Shown: positions 25,096 to 48,996 of the stretch, piece by piece | Layout: each line of letters starts with the position of its first letter | How positions within the stretch are numbered: the first letter of the stretch is position 1 | Assembly: GCF_009914755.1 (NCBI RefSeq) | Contig: NC_060929.1 | DNA from: the human T2T-CHM13v2.0 reference genome, Homo sapiens | Length of the DNA: 64,000 bases | Direction: 5' to 3' (one strand) | Notes under the pieces: model-generated | What the model saw: the letters and a program-made list of their open reading frames with translations, nothing else | Told to the model about the DNA's origin: nothing | The model's database searches: none | Translations under genes and position numbers: made by a program

Positions 25096-27227
25096 TGTGA
25101 GAATGAGTCCATTCTCACACTGCTCTAAAGAACTGCCCAAGACTGGGTAAGTTCTAAAGGAAAGAGGTTTAATTGACTCACAGTTCTGCAGGGCTGGGGA
25201 AGCCTTAAGAAACTTACAATCATGGCAGAAGTGGAAGCAAACACATCCTCCTTCACATGGCAGCAGGAAGTAGAAGTGCCAAGCAAAGGGAGCAAAGCCC
25301 CTTATAAAACCACTGGATCTCATGAGAACTCACTATCATGAGAACAGCATGAGAGTAATCACCCCCATGATTCAATTACCTCCCACCAGGTCCCTCCCAC
25401 AACACGTGGGGATTATGGGAACCACAATTCAAGATGAGATTTGGGTGGAGACACAGCCAAACCATATCATTCCACCCCGGTCCCTCCCAAATCTCACGTC
25501 CTCACATTTCCAAACACAGTCATGCCTTTTCAACAGTCCTCCAAAATCTTATCTCATTCCAGCATTAACTGAAAAGTCCAAGTCCAAAGTCTCATCTGAG
25601 ACAAGTCAAGCCCTTCCACCTATGAGCCTATAAAATGGAAAGAAAGTTGGTACAGGGGATATAGGCATTGGGTAAATACATCCATTCCAAATGGGAGAAA
25701 TTGGCCAAAACAAAGGGGCTACAGGCCCCATACGAGTCTAAAATCCAATTGGGCAGTCATTAAATCTTAAAGTTCCAAGATCATCTCCTTTAACTCCATG
25801 TCTCACATCCAAGTCATGCTGATGCAAGAGGTGGGCTCCCACAGCCTTGGGCAGCTCTGCCCCTGTGGCTTTGCAGGGTACAGCCCCCCTCCTGGCTGCT
25901 TTCATGAGCTGGCATTGAGTGTCTGCAGCTTTTCCAGGCACATGGTGCAAGCTGTCAGTGGATCTACCATTCTGGGGTCTGGAGGACGGTGGCCCTCTTC
26001 TCACAGCTCCACTAGCAGTGCCCCAGTGGAGATTCTGTTTGGGGACTCTGACTCCACATTTCCCTTCTGCAATGCCCCAGCAGAGGTTCTCCATGAGGGC
26101 TCTACCCCTGTAGTAAACTTCTGCCTGGACATCCAGGCATTTCCATAAATCCTTTGAAATCTAGGCAGAGGTTTCCAAACCTCAATTCCTGACTTCTATG
26201 CACCCATGGGCCAACACCACATGTAAGCCACCAAGGACTGGAACTTGAACCCTCTGAAGTAATGGCCTGAGCTGTACATTGGCCCCTTTTAGCCACAACT
26301 GAAGCCAAAGCAGCTTGGGACACAGGGCACCATGTCCCAAGGCTGCACAGAGCAAGGGGCCCTGGGCCCGGCCCACGAAACCGTTTTTTTCTCCTAGGCC
26401 TCCAGTACTGTGATGGGAGGGGCTGCTGTAAAGATCTCAGACAAGCCCTGGAGACATTTTCTTCATTGTTTTGGTGATTAACATTCAGCTCCTCATTACT
26501 CATGCAAATTTCTACAATGGGTTTAAATTTCTTCCCAGAAAATGGGTACTTTTTTTCTATTGCATCATCAGGCTGCACATTTTCCAAGCTTTTTTGCTCT
26601 GCTTCCTCTTGAACACTTTGCTGCTTAGAAATTTCTTTCACCAGATACCCTAAATCATATCTCTCAAGTTCACAGTTCCACAGATCTCTAGGGTGAGGGC
26701 AATAGGCCATCAGTCTTTTTACTAAAGCATAGCAAGAGTCACCTTTATTCCCGTTCCCAACACATTTCTCATCTTCATCGGAGACCACCTCAGCTTGGAC
26801 TCCATTGTCCATATCATTATCAGCATTTTGGTCAAAACCATTCAACAGGTCTCTAGGAAGTTCCAAACTTTCCCCCATCTTCTTGTCTTCTGAGGCCCTC
26901 TAAATCTCTAGGAAGTTCCAAACTTTCCCACATTTTCCTGTCTTCTTCTGAGCCCTCTAAACTGTTCCAACCTCTGCCTGTTACCCAGTTCCAAAGTCAC
27001 TTCCACATTTTTGGGTATCTTTATAGCAGTACCTCAGTCTCTGTTGTACCAATTCACTGTATTTATCTGTTCTCACACTCCTACAAAGAATTGCCTGAGA
27101 CTGGGTAAGTTATAACAGAAAGAAATTTAATTGCCTCACAGTTCCACGGGGCTAGGGAAGCCTCAGGAAACTTAGAATCATGGCAGAAGGGGAAGCAAAT
27201 ACGTTCTTCTTCACATGGCTTCACTTG

Positions 27228-33982
<6,755 letters not shown>

Positions 33983-34707
33983 TCATGGAGCCTGCAGTCT
34001 TCCCTTTCCTTCTGAAAGCCTCAAACCTCTGTGGCCAAAAAACTCTTTTAACCTCATCTCAGTCTTTTTCAGCTGGTCTCTTGAATTGCTAAGGCCATGA
34101 TTTCAACTGTCCTTCCCCTGAGTAAACTCCCCTTCTTCTGACTGCCCTTGGGATAGATAAGTGTTTTAGCCTGGCATGTTAGTCTGGACCTGTCCATCTC
34201 TTCAGCCTCATGACCCATAAAGCATTTACCCTAAACGATATCGCAGTCTCTGAATGCACACGTTCTGGCACATACTAGTTTGTCTTCCAAGACTCAGCAT
34301 CACCTTCTCTGGGAAGTCTTCCCTGATTCTCCCAGGCAACGTCAGTCTGAACTTACACTCTGCTTTTCCAGGTCTGTTTCCCTACAAGGACAAGGAGACA
34401 GTGTCAGTGTCTTACTCATCTCGGCATCTCCAGCACATGGTGCTTAAGAGGTGTCGAATGAGGAATGATCTCATTTCCCGAGTCCTAAGAATCCTCTAAT
34501 GCACTGTTGTTTTGTCAGTTTCATGAATTATTTTTCACTAGAACCTCAATCATTTTTCTAGCCCTTAATGGCAGGCAGGCCGGCTGCTTATTTGTTTGTA
34601 TCCCCCAGACAGTAATCAATGTGAACTCCGCACTGACCTTGTGGCTGCGGCCTGCCCCCTGCTGGTCAGAAGGTTTCTGGGACAGAGACAACTCAAGGCT
34701 GAAGAAA

Positions 34708-35506
34708 CAGGGGTTCTAAATCATTTTTTGCGCCGTGGACTCCTTTGGCATTCCACAAAGAATATGAATCCCTTCTCAGAATAATGCATATTTTTTGAGA
34801 CAGTCTCGCTCTGTCGCCCAGGCTTCAGTGCAGTGGCACGATCTCGGCTCACTGCAACCTCTGCCTCCTGGTTCCAGCCATTCTTATGCCTCAGCCTCCC
34901 GAGTAGCTGGGAATACAGGTGTGCCACCACGCCTGGCTAATTTTTGTATTTTTAGTAGAGACGGGGTTTCACCATGTTGGTCAGGCTGGTCTCAAACTCC
35001 TGACCTCAAGTGATCCACCCGACTCGGCCTCCCAAAGTGCTAGGATTACAGGCTTGAGCCACTGCGCCTGGTGGCTTCTCAGAATAATATTTTCAAGTGT
35101 GTAATATAAAGCACATAGATTACAAATGAAACCAATCATATGGAATACAGGTAACAAAATACTGGAAAACCTGTATATATTTTGTATGTGATATATATGC
35201 CCATGTAATGTGATATATGGATGTATATACACATATGCACGTTAAATAACAAGATCTAGTAATAGGTCTAATAGCTACTGTAATTTCAAAGTGATAAAAA
35301 TATTTTGAGATCTCTACCACAGCTGCAATGTGATATGAAATATCTGGGATTTCTACTGGTGACAGTCACAGCTACTGCTAATACTACTACAGTTTGTAGT
35401 AAAACTAAAGACCAAATCTTTTGCCATCCAGATACCAAGACACCCTGAATTCTACATATGGATCCATTGTGGGAAGAGTCTATGGACCCAAAGTTAAGAA
35501 AGCCTG
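34708..35506. mobile_element. MER119-like hAT-Charlie element with an Alu (34791-35071, -)
   Basis: CAGGGGTTCTAAA...TTAAGAAAGCCTG imperfect TIRs. Internal ccttctcagaataat is duplicated around the Alu. Confidence 0.7.
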
Positions 35507-35629
35507 AATCGTGTTTCAGAGGCATGGCAGACAGATTCTTTTAAATACGGCAGGGATGGCTAGTGGCTAGGCATCTGTACGACCCTTGATTAGTTCAAGT
35601 GGCAGTTGAGTGAGACACGGGAGGTATGC

Positions 35630-36155
35630 CAGAAACACCTCTGGCAGAAGGTCCAGGTTTGAACCTTATAGGCGTCACTTACAGTGTTTTGAGAACTGGC
35701 TTGACCCTTCCCTTTGCCTAGTGCCCATTTCCTCATCTAGAAAATGAGAATGAGCCTGGTGTGGTGGGGGGTGGCTCACACCTGTAATTCCAGCTGTTTG
35801 GGAGGCTGAGACAGGAGGATTGCTTGAAGCCGGGAGTTTGAGACCAGCCTGGGCAACATAGTGATCCCCCCTGCCCTGTCGCCTGTCTCCACAAAAAAAA
35901 GCCAGGCACCGTGGCTCATGCCTATAATCCTAGCTACTCAGGAGGATAAAGTGGGAGGATCATCTGAGCCCAAGAGTTTGAGGTTACGGTGAACCATGAT
36001 CATGCCACTGCACTCCAGCCTGGGTGATAGGGAGACCCTGTCTCTAAAAAAATAATAAATACATAAAATGGGAATGATGGTGTCTTCCTCCGATTGTTGA
36101 AAGGATTCAGTACATTAACAGGTGAAAACTTTTTGGGGTCAATGAATGTTTGTTG
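35630..36155. mobile_element. MIR interrupted by an AluJ-like element (35753-36060, +)
   Basis: MIR core ...tttcctcatctagaaaatgagaatga resumes as aaaatgggaatgatggtg after the Alu. Confidence 0.65.
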
Positions 36156-36389
36156 TTAAATGAGAATGATATTAAATGTCTGTAGAGAACATGCCCCATG
36201 ACATGCTCTCTCTCAGCCAAGCATAATGTCTTTCCAAAGAGAAACCCGAAGTCTGAGCTGCCGTATGACCTGGGAGGCACCTGCGTACTTGGAAGATAAG
36301 CCCTTTCTTGCCGGGTGAGTATGGTTAAGTGTGCCCTGCTTTCCACCCCAATCCAAAAGAACAACCTGAACGGCAAATAACCTTGTTAT

Positions 36390-36395
36390 TTTATT
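36390..36395 (-). terminator. STK10: Distal polyadenylation signal AATAAA of STK10
   Basis: Minus strand GAATGTAAATATGCTTCTAATAAAAT with upstream UGUA and downstream GU/U-rich GTTCAGGTTGTTCTTTTGG. Confidence 0.8.
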
Positions 36396-37269
36396 AGAAG
36401 CATATTTACATTCTTGTAGTTAACTTTCCAGAGAACATTTTACAAAAATTTTGTATAAAGTCTGGAAACTACATAAAAATAATTTCTATCTTTCATAAAG
36501 GGAAAATAAAAGTTAGTTACATTTACTCTAAAACCAGACAGAGGAAAAAAACCCAGTTCTGTCTGTCCCTTATACAGAAAGCACTAACACAGGGCACGAG
36601 GAATACCGCGTGGGCCTCTCAGAGATGGGCATTGCACGGTGGCTCCACGGTGAGGCTAGGTGACCCCGCCAGTCCCCATCCAGAAAAGCACAGGGGAGCT
36701 CTGAGGGCTCAGGCGGCACTGAGCGGGGACGCGGCAACTCCTTGAAGGGCAAAAGTGATGTGAAGGACGAGCCACGAGGGGAATGATCACAGACTTTCAC
36801 CTGAACCATGAAACTGGCATTTCACCTAATACTTTCTCACACGCCAGGCTACACATGGAAATACTGTAAGCAAAGCCCAAAGCAGCCCTGTCTGGTGGTT
36901 CCCAACGCTGGCCTGGCCTGGTAGAACTGGGTCTATGTTCTGCAGTTACACTGCCGCTAGTTCATGTTTCCCCAGCACCAATGCACCAAAGAGAATAAAA
37001 GGAGACAATTGTTTCGCTTGTCTCATTTGTGAGAGACCTAAAAAACACCCCCATCTGGGTCAAATTCTGCAGCAGGCAAGCTAAATGCTCACTAACCTGA
37101 GAACCATTGCTAGCTCCAAGAGAATCTTGACTGTGCATTTAAGATTTGGGCAGTCCCCTTTTCCTGTTGAAGGGCTGCCCCTCCCTTCCCAAGCATTCAG
37201 TTATAACCAATGTTGAGAAAATTTCCAGGGAATTGCTTTAGAAAGACAGAGTATACAGAACCTTAACCT

Positions 37270-37649
<380 letters not shown>

Positions 37650-37935
37650 TAAAAATAAAGAATCTTAAATCTGTAGGAGTGAAGGCGGAAAAAGTCCTCC
37701 CAGGAAGTCTCAACCACTCTACCACCAGCGAAACACTACCCAGACTCAATATGCCCGCATGATTACTCCAAATCATTACCAGTTTTGTGTTGTTGTTCTT
37801 GTTTGTTGTTTTAAAAAGCAGATATCTTCCTGGAGAAACCATACATTTTATAGTTGTTTCAATAAAATAATTAGAAATCAGGGTGAAAAAAGGTTTCCTT
37901 GTAAGTAAACCCGCATACTGGTTCAAACATTTGCT

Positions 37936-37941
37936 TTTATT
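37936..37941 (-). terminator. STK10: Proximal polyadenylation signal AATAAA in the STK10 3'UTR
   Basis: Minus strand GAATGTATATAACGCAATAAAAG with upstream UGUA and a downstream U-rich tract (CCTTTTTTCA). Confidence 0.65.
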
Positions 37942-39180
37942 GCGTTATATACATTCTGCAGCTGTAGAATCAGAATCTGGGGGAAGCCAACTGAGACCCC
38001 GAAGGCCCAGCAGGAGTCCATCTGAGGTACAGAACCTGTGCTTCTGCCATGTTCCTGGGGCAGGGGCATTCCATTTCCCCCTGATGCTTTTTCTTCCTGA
38101 AGAGAAGTCCAACAGACTGCCAGCCCAGGTCTGAAATGCAAGGTGGGACTCCTGAACACAGTCGGGGGGATGGGGCAGAGGCAAACAGCCCTCCTGTTTC
38201 ACCTGCAGACAGGGTGGGCCAGAGTGCTATGGAGCAGACTGGGTTGTGGAAGCCTCGTGTGCTGAGGAATCAGTCCCTGCACACAGGAGCCTGTGCGGGG
38301 GCCAGCACGCATCGCAGCCTGGCAGTACAGCCTGTGCTTTTCCATGCCTCCGGTGCCAACACCCCGCACGTGCCACACCAACTGCTCCACCTAACATGCT
38401 CAGTGGCACAGGCTCAGGCAGCAAACGTGTTCCAACCCACCTGGGCAGAAGAGGCCAGGCCAGCAGACCAAGTCCTGTGTGTACGCGTATGTGTGTGCAT
38501 TCACACCCATGTGCAGGAAGGGGGACGCGAGATGGCATGAAACACGGGAGAAGCAGAATAAACATTTCAGCCTCCCTCTTTCCCCGGTCCCCGCCCCCCA
38601 CATAGACAAGGCTTTGTCTTAAGTGGAAAGCAAACTGGGAGAACAGGAGGAATGAGGCCATCTCCTGAGCAGCCAGCTGCAGGCCTGGCTCCTCTGGGAA
38701 CAGAAATGGCTGTGAGGGACTTGATGATTGAGTGACTCTGCAGGGAATGGCTGAAAAACCAAGAATTCCAGCCCGGATGAGCCCACGGGGACTTCATCAG
38801 CAGTGCTTTGTCCCACAGAGAGCAAAACTGGTATTTTCGCAAACAGGAGAGGACTCGAGGCCACAGAACACCCATTCCTCTTGGACCCTGACCCCACCAA
38901 CAGCCCCATCCCTTCCAGCTTGAAGGGATCTGGGGCTCAAGGAGAATATACATTAGGTTCAGGTGACAAATAATTACACCTCACCCTCCACAGGCCAGCA
39001 AGAAGTCAGGAACGCTGGGGCAGGTCTATCAGGCACAGTTGGGGTGGCACAGGGCGAGGGGCTGGATTTGAGCTGGCACAGACGCAAGAGGGAAAAGGGG
39101 TCCTGAGTTACATGTTCACAGAGAATGAAGGAGAAGGCCCTGGGGCCCACCAAGCTGCCAGCCACAGCCCCGGGCGGTTG

Positions 39181-39321
39181 TTAAGAAGCATCCGCAGAAC
39201 TGTAGGGGAAGAACTTGGCGGCCTTGCTTGGGGTGGAGGGGTTTGGGCACTCCGCCTCCTCGCTCAGCTTGAAGAACATCTCCTGCTCCCGCTTCTTCTG
39301 GTTCAGATCCTCTTCCAGAGC
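39181..39321 (-). CDS. STK10: STK10 (LOK) terminal coding exon (probably exon 19): [46 protein letters not shown]
   Basis: Acceptor ctctctcttccctAG. 141 nt, phase 0, TAA stop. Matches the STK10 C-terminus. Confidence 0.95.
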   Translation of the reverse strand, partial: ALEEDLNQKKREQEMFFKLSEEAECPNPSTPSKAAKFFPYSSADAS

Positions 39322-39968
39322 CTAGGGAAGAGAGAGGATGGATGGCACTTGGTGAGATCTGCAGGCCACACGTGGGTCTCCCACTCACAGGACCCCCACT
39401 GACATGGCCTTCTCTGGAACATTCCCTTCCAGGCCTCAGTGCTTGAGAAACTACGGCTTCCCTATTTCCTACCCTAGAGCTCCTCCCACAGGAGGTAAGT
39501 ACCACCTCCTGCCACCGCCACTCAGAAGCTCCCTGTGGACTGAAGGGTACAGTTGGGGGAAATGTCAATCTAGACGGGGCAGGGAGGAAAAAAAAGCAGA
39601 TGCAAATCCCCTGGCAGGAAAACAGCCAAATGACTGGAGAAAAACCCGAGGGAGAAGATGGAGAGAGACTGAGCAGCAAAGGAAGCAGAGATGTCAGAAG
39701 TTTTTTTTTTCGAAATACACATGCCTGAGTTGAGATTGCGCCACTGCACTCCAACTTGGGCGACGGTGCGAGACTCCATCTCAAAAACAAAAACAAAAAC
39801 AAAAACAAAATACACGTGCCTTTGCCTAAACCCAGAGGTTCGGATTTTGAAGATCTGTGGTGGGACCAAAGCCTTCTGTACTGTACAAACTCTTCAGGTA
39901 ACTCAGAGGAGAGCTCTAGTTGAAAAGCACTGCGGGAGGTTCCCTTGGGCACAAGCAAGTTTATCTAG

Positions 39969-40298
<330 letters not shown>

Positions 40299-40348
40299 TA
40301 AAGAAACTGGAAATCAAGATTTTAATGTAAAATCTCCTTATATACTTA

Positions 40349-40759
<411 letters not shown>

Positions 40760-40959
40760 CTAGGAATACCAACAATTTAATAATAATAGCTACTACTTTT
40801 TGAGCACAGAATGGTTTAGTAACTTGCCCAAGGTTTCACAACTAGTAATGGAGGAGTTAGGACTTCATCCCACCTGTGTGACTCCAAAGCCTGGGCTGTT
40901 TAAGCATTATTCTGTTCTACCCACCACATATATTTCTCAATACAACCTTCTTACGCCAG

Positions 40960-41178
40960 AGTCAGCGATCTTTTTTCTGTTATGTGACAGATAGTAAACA
41001 TTTTTGGCTTTGCAGGACATATTTGGTCTCTATTGTGACTACTCAACTGCCACTGTAGTACAAAATCAGCCACAGACAATCTGTAAATGAACGAGCATGG
41101 CTGTGTTCCAATAAAACTTTATTTACAAATATAGGTGGTGGGCCAGATTAGGACATTGGCAGTGGTTTGCTAACACCT
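40960..41178. mobile_element. MER58A-like hAT element
   Basis: cagatagtaaacatttttggctttgcagg...actactcaactgc...ggctgtgttccaataaaactttatttacaaa. Confidence 0.75.
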
Positions 41179-42156
41179 ACTTTAAGGAAATAAATATTAT
41201 CTACATTTTACAGCCCGAAAAGCCAGGGTTCAGGAGGGAAGATTTGACTTGTTTGAGGCCACATTCTGTGTGAACACTGACCCAAGCAACACTTCATTGA
41301 CTCTACCAGATATTCCGTACTTACTCGAAATACATCTGAATTTTTCTAAAAATACTCCACAATGTACAATCATCTCCCTGCCTCCATACAAGGCAGGGGG
41401 TTCACAGGCTGCTGACTGTAATGCAAGAATGTAAAAGACCATTTATTCTCGAATGAAAATCATCACCTCCGGGTCATTGTTCCAGCAGAAACCCAAGCAG
41501 CTAATGACAGAAGAATTCTATAAAGAATTCTGCAAAGAGGCAGCCCCCACAGGCAAAGTCCAATGCTGGCTTCCCAACTGCACACTCGTGGTGCCTCCCC
41601 TGAGCCCAGGCCCCTCTTTGAAGCGATCTGAGACATAAGGCAATAGCTAGAGGAAACGCGATCATTCATTTTCAAACTCTCTCAGGATAGGCCAAGGGTA
41701 TAGAACCCCCAGGTAAGAGAACCAGGTGGACGTTCATTTCCTGATTGCAGAACCAACCTATGTCAGCAGGAACATTATTGACTTGACTGTCAAGTATGGA
41801 AAGTCCCAGCAGACCATGGTTACAGAAACTGATGAGCGTGGGCCTAACAGGAAGTCTGGGATCTTGGCCAGCTTCCAGCCAGAAAGCTCCATGAGCGCAG
41901 GGAGGGAGGCCTCAATTCAAGGACTCCCAAGGCCATCACACAGCTGAGATGGGCAGTTGCCTCCTGTCCAGACCACAGTTACAGTAAGCAGAACTGATGT
42001 ACGATGGCAGAACAAACCTCAGGACTTCAGGACCCGTGGGCATGAGATTAAGAGTAACTTGGGCAGTTCTCTCCTCAGAGAGTTTAGGGGAATGAGTATG
42101 TCCTTGGCCTGTACTATGTGCTGGCAACTTCTGACATAACCTTGCAGTATTGATAG

Positions 42157-42803
<647 letters not shown>

Positions 42804-42919
42804 GCCCAGAGCGGGGAAGATGGCTTGCCCAAGATCCCAAAGCTGGTGACCAGCAAGAACGTCTAGAGTGCCAGCTAGAGAGGAAATGGACAAATTCCCC
42901 CAACCTCTGATACCATCCT

Positions 42920-43560
42920 AGTTCAAGATACCACCCTAGTCCAAGCTGCCATCATTAGTCACCAAGGCTATCACAATGGTTTCCTTACTGGTCTCTCTGC
43001 CTCCACTCTTGACCCCTGAGGGCAGCCAGCGGGATCCTTTTCAAAACATGAGTCAGACCACCTTGTCCTCTGCTCAGAACCCTCCAGTGGCTTCCATCTC
43101 ACACAGTAAAAGCCAGACTTTACGCAGGCCCCCCACCCCTCTGACTTTACCTCCTATCACCTCCCACCGTCACCACCACTCTCTCCGGCCGCAGGGGTCT
43201 CCTTGTTTCACGAGCAAGGTGTCCGGGCCTTTGCAGTTGCTCTTCCCTGTGCTGGGAATGTCCCCCTGAAAACCCCCACGGCTGCACGCCTCCCTCCCTC
43301 AGGTCCTTCAGATCTTGGCTCAGATGTCATCTTCTTAGACGACATCTTCCTGCCACACCGTCTGAAGCAGCCTCACTTTGTGACCCCCCCATGCTGTTTC
43401 CCTCCCTGCTTCTTGGCCCCTTACTAGAAGGTCGGTTCTTCCGGAGGGCATGGACTTGTCCCTTTTGTTCAATGCAGTGTCTCTAGAGTCTGAAACAGCG
43501 TGGGGCACTTAGCAGGTGTTCAAGAAATATGTGTTGCATTAATACACAAACGAATGAACC
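42920..43560 (+). mobile_element. L2 LINE 3' fragment
   Basis: ccaccctagtccaagctgccatcat...ctgctcagaaccctccagtggcttcc...gggcctttgcagttgct...aaatatgtgttg...gaatgaa. Confidence 0.7.
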
Positions 43561-43857
43561 ATCAAGCTAACGATGACACACAAATGCAATCCCATGTGAT
43601 AAACACCATGACAGGGGCAAGGACGGGGAGCCCAGAAGACACCATACAGCCTCCGTGGGGGAGGCCTGAATGATGCAGACAAACAGAAGTTGGCCAAGCA
43701 AAGGCTGGTGGGTAGAGAATTCCTGGCAAGGGGAACAGGCTGGGCAAAAGCCCAGCAGGGAACGAGGGAAGCGCATATGGCATGGAGATCTATTTGGGTA
43801 CTGAAATCTGCTCAGAGCACAAGTCGGGGATGAGACTCACGGGAGATAAGGCAAGAA

Positions 43858-45550
<1,693 letters not shown>

Positions 45551-45813
45551 ATCTCCACCAGGCACAGTGGTGCACACCTGTAGTCCCAGCTAGTCGGGAA
45601 GCTAAGGCAGGAGAATCACTTGAACCCAGGAGGCAGAGGTTGCAGAGAGCCACGTTCCCACGCCTGTAATCCCAGCACTTTGGGAGGCCGAGGGGGGCGG
45701 ATCACTTGAGGTCAGGAGTTCAAGACCAGCCTGGACAACATGGTGAAACCCCGTCTCTACTAAAAATAGAAAAACTAGCCAGGCATAGTGGCATGTGCCT
45801 GTAATCCCAGCTA

Positions 45814-45982
<169 letters not shown>

Positions 45983-46281
45983 CTAGTGACAGAGAAGAAA
46001 CCCAGCAGAAGGTGGGCCTAGGAGGACAAGGCAGGCGAGGAAGAGAGTGACTGGCAGCACTGGCTGCCACCAGGAGGTCAAGTCCAGCCAGCCGTATCCA
46101 TGCGAGTCAGCCACCAGGATGTTGGTATTGACCATGCCAGCAGCGGCTGCAGTGGGCTGAGAAAGGAATTTCTCAGTGGGTGGAGGAAGAAATTGTGACA
46201 GGGCTTCGCAGAGAAAGAGAGAGACAGGGCAGTAAAGAAAGATGTGGGACTGAGCGAGGGCATGGGGTTTGAAGGTGAAAG

Positions 46282-46846
46282 TATGGCAGGCACCATTCAA
46301 AAATGACCCCTGTGACTCTCTCTCATATAACTCTCCCCGCTCCTCTGCGTGTGGGTGGAACCTCTGAATGTGGTATCATTCCTGCAAGCAGGGAGGCTAT
46401 CCCGTGACCCTGATTTAATCACATGAGCACAAAAGGGTTTTCTCTAGCTGGTGGCAGAAAGGGATATCAGAGACATTCAAAGCACGAGGAGGTCTGAATG
46501 CATGCTGGCTATTTGAGGTGGAGGAGGCCACGTGATAAGGAGTGCCGGTGGCTTCTAGAAAATAACCCGTCTGAGGTCAGCAAGGAAACAGGGACCTCAG
46601 ACCTACAGCCATAAGGAACTGGATTCTGTCGAAAGCTGAATGGGTTTGGAAGTGATTCTTCCCCAGAAACTTCAGCTAAGAGCCCAGCCACGCTGACAAC
46701 GTTGATTGCAGCCTGGTGAGACCCTGAGCAGAGAACCCAGAGAGCCCACCCAGACTCTTGAACTCCATCACTAGGAGAGAGTAAACGGGCGTTGGTTTAA
46801 GCTGCTAAGTGTGTGGCAGTTCATCACACAGCAACAGAAAACTAAA
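46282..46846 (+). mobile_element. MLT1D-like LTR
   Basis: ...cagcaaggaaacagggacctcagacctacagccataaggaactggattctg...ggtgagaccctgagcagagaaccca...acagcaacagaaaactaa. Confidence 0.75.
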
Positions 46847-47227
46847 TTGGCAAGCAGTTTATCTTGTGCTGCGTTCTGACTCCTCAGAATAACTTCCTCT
46901 AAGAGAAAATCCCCACAGGCTGGGCTTCTGGCCCAGCAGCGTGGCTGGTTTGACTCACTGCAGCGTCCTCTGTGGACACATGGCAGGAGTCCTTCGGTCC
47001 ATGAGAGGGAGCTAAACAAGAGGCTGCCCTTCCAGAGGTGGAAGCTGCAGGGCGTTCAGCCACAAAGGGTTAGAAAGTTCCTCTCTCTCTCAGGCTGGAG
47101 ATCCATTTGATGGTGCCACAAAGCAAGAGTCCACCAAAATAAGGAGACCTAACATGTCCTGGCCAGAGGCCTGTGCATGGCACAGAGCAGAGCCCGAGAC
47201 TGAGCCCACCAGCTCGGATAAAGTTAC

Positions 47228-47341
47228 CTTCTTGCGCGGCCGAAGCTTGTCCCGCCATTCCTTCAGGTTCTGGTTATGGCTCTCATCCAGGGCCTTCAGT
47301 TTCTGGGTTTCGTGCTCTACCAGGAGGTGGCACTTTTCATT
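47228..47341 (-). CDS. STK10: STK10 exon (probably 18): [38 protein letters not shown]
   Basis: tttgttccAG acceptor, GTAACT donor. 114 nt, phase 0-0. Confidence 0.95.
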
Positions 47342-48870
47342 CTGGAACAAATTCCAGGCAGAACAGGTGAGAAATCAGAAGACGCAGGCCCTGAAGACTG
47401 AGACACACCTCACGCTGTGGCTACGAGGGCACCAGCATCGTTCATTTATTATTTCTTCTTGACTATAAATCCCATTTATTCAAACTCTATACGTAAATCA
47501 CATGCACCAAGAAGTGCCTGGAGGAATAGTCCAGAATATGTTAATAGTTCTTATTAACTCTGTGGTGGGGAGGTATAGTAAATTTGCAACTTTCTGTGAG
47601 GATACAGCAAGAAGGCAGCTGTCCGCAAGCCAGGAAGGGAGCCCTCATCAGAACCCCACCCTGCTGGCACCCTGATCTCAGACTTCCAGCCTTCAGAACT
47701 GTGAGAAAGAAGTTTCTGTTAATTAAAGCATCATGGTATTTTGTTATGGCAGCCCGAGCTAAGATACTCTGTATGTCTCACATATAATTTCCTCAGGGAG
47801 ATCTGTGGCAAGGAATGAGGGTCACTGACATGGGTGAGACTCTTCTAACCTCGCTGTTCTTTCTCTGAGGTAAGTTATCTGCTTTACAAAATGTAAATCT
47901 CTCTCATAGGCAGCAGTGACAAGTCCCTGTTGATTTCTTGCAGGGAATCAGTCTTGTCATGAGGAGCTTATAAAGCAGGGGGAAGTGCCTTTATCCAGAT
48001 ACCACGACCCTACTGGGTTGGAAAAGTAGACTCCTTTGGGAGATTTTCATTTTGGGTTTCATGCTAGAGGCTTCTGGGAGTTTAGAACTTAGCTGAGTGA
48101 GAAGTAATACTCGCAGCAGCGCTGCATGCCTGTGGCCTGCCAGGAGCTGTGCTCGGCACTTCATACGGGCTCTCTTAGTGCTCACACTGAGGCAGGGATC
48201 ACCCGAGGCAGGGATAGGAAAACGGATGCGGAAGGTGAATGGCTTGGCCAAAAGTCACACAGTGGCAATCAGCAGAGCCCTGCCGGGCAGGCCTCAACAC
48301 CTGGAATGTTTCCTCCATGCCTCCCCACCTCTCCAGAAATTGCCCGATGGGTCCAACAGCCTGAGCAGTTCCTGAGGTTCGAATCAGCCCCGTCCCCACA
48401 AGGGGGCTTCAAGTACCAGCTCCTGGGGCCAGGACCCTCAGGCATGGGGCAAACCCAGGGGCCAGGAAGCTTGAAGAGGTCAGGAATTACCACAGCAAAA
48501 GCAGCCCACAAGGGGCTCGGCCACACCCCAACCACCTTTGCCCAAAACACAGTGATGACTCAGAAACCCTGCAGCAGCCCACTGCCAGCTCCGCCACTTC
48601 ATTCACAAGTCCTTGCCCCAATCCTGCACAGCAGGAATGGTCATCCCCATGCCCATTTTAGGGGTGTGAGAGCTATGGCTTAGGAGGGTGATATGATTTG
48701 CCCAACCTCACAGAGCCCTAGAGCAGCATGGCAGGGCTGGAAACCATCCATCCCGGGCGTGTCTGATGAAGATCCTTCCCTGCTGTGGAGTTTCTGGCCC
48801 CCTGAGATCTGATGGCCTTGGGGAAACTGAGGCAGCCTGGGGGCAGGGGCAGGGGCAGGCAGGGCGGTAC

Positions 48871-48996
48871 CTGCAGCTGCTGCAGCTCGCTCATGTTGCT
48901 CTCGCACTGCGCCAGCATGTCCCGCATCTGGTTCTCGTGTTTCTGCTGTTGCTGCAGCCGCTCCGACTTCTGCCTCTTCTCCTCCTGCTGGGAGAA
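48871..48996 (-). CDS. STK10: STK10 exon (probably 17): [42 protein letters not shown]
   Basis: ctctctctggtgcAG acceptor, GTACCG donor. 126 nt, phase 0-0. Confidence 0.95.

Noticed and set aside
26102-26878. 258-aa ORF
   Set aside because: Remnant of the THE1 internal ORF, common in THE1-int copies. No evidence of domestication from sequence alone.
26850-26965. Tandem ~55-bp duplication (ctctaggaagttccaaactttccc...) in THE1-int
   Set aside because: I recall this as a feature of some THE1 internal consensus sequences, so it is probably inherited rather than locus-specific.
39116-39958. 280-aa minus-strand ORF overlapping the STK10 last exon
   Set aside because: It runs through intron, an Alu fragment and a different frame from STK10, and has no recognisable domain.
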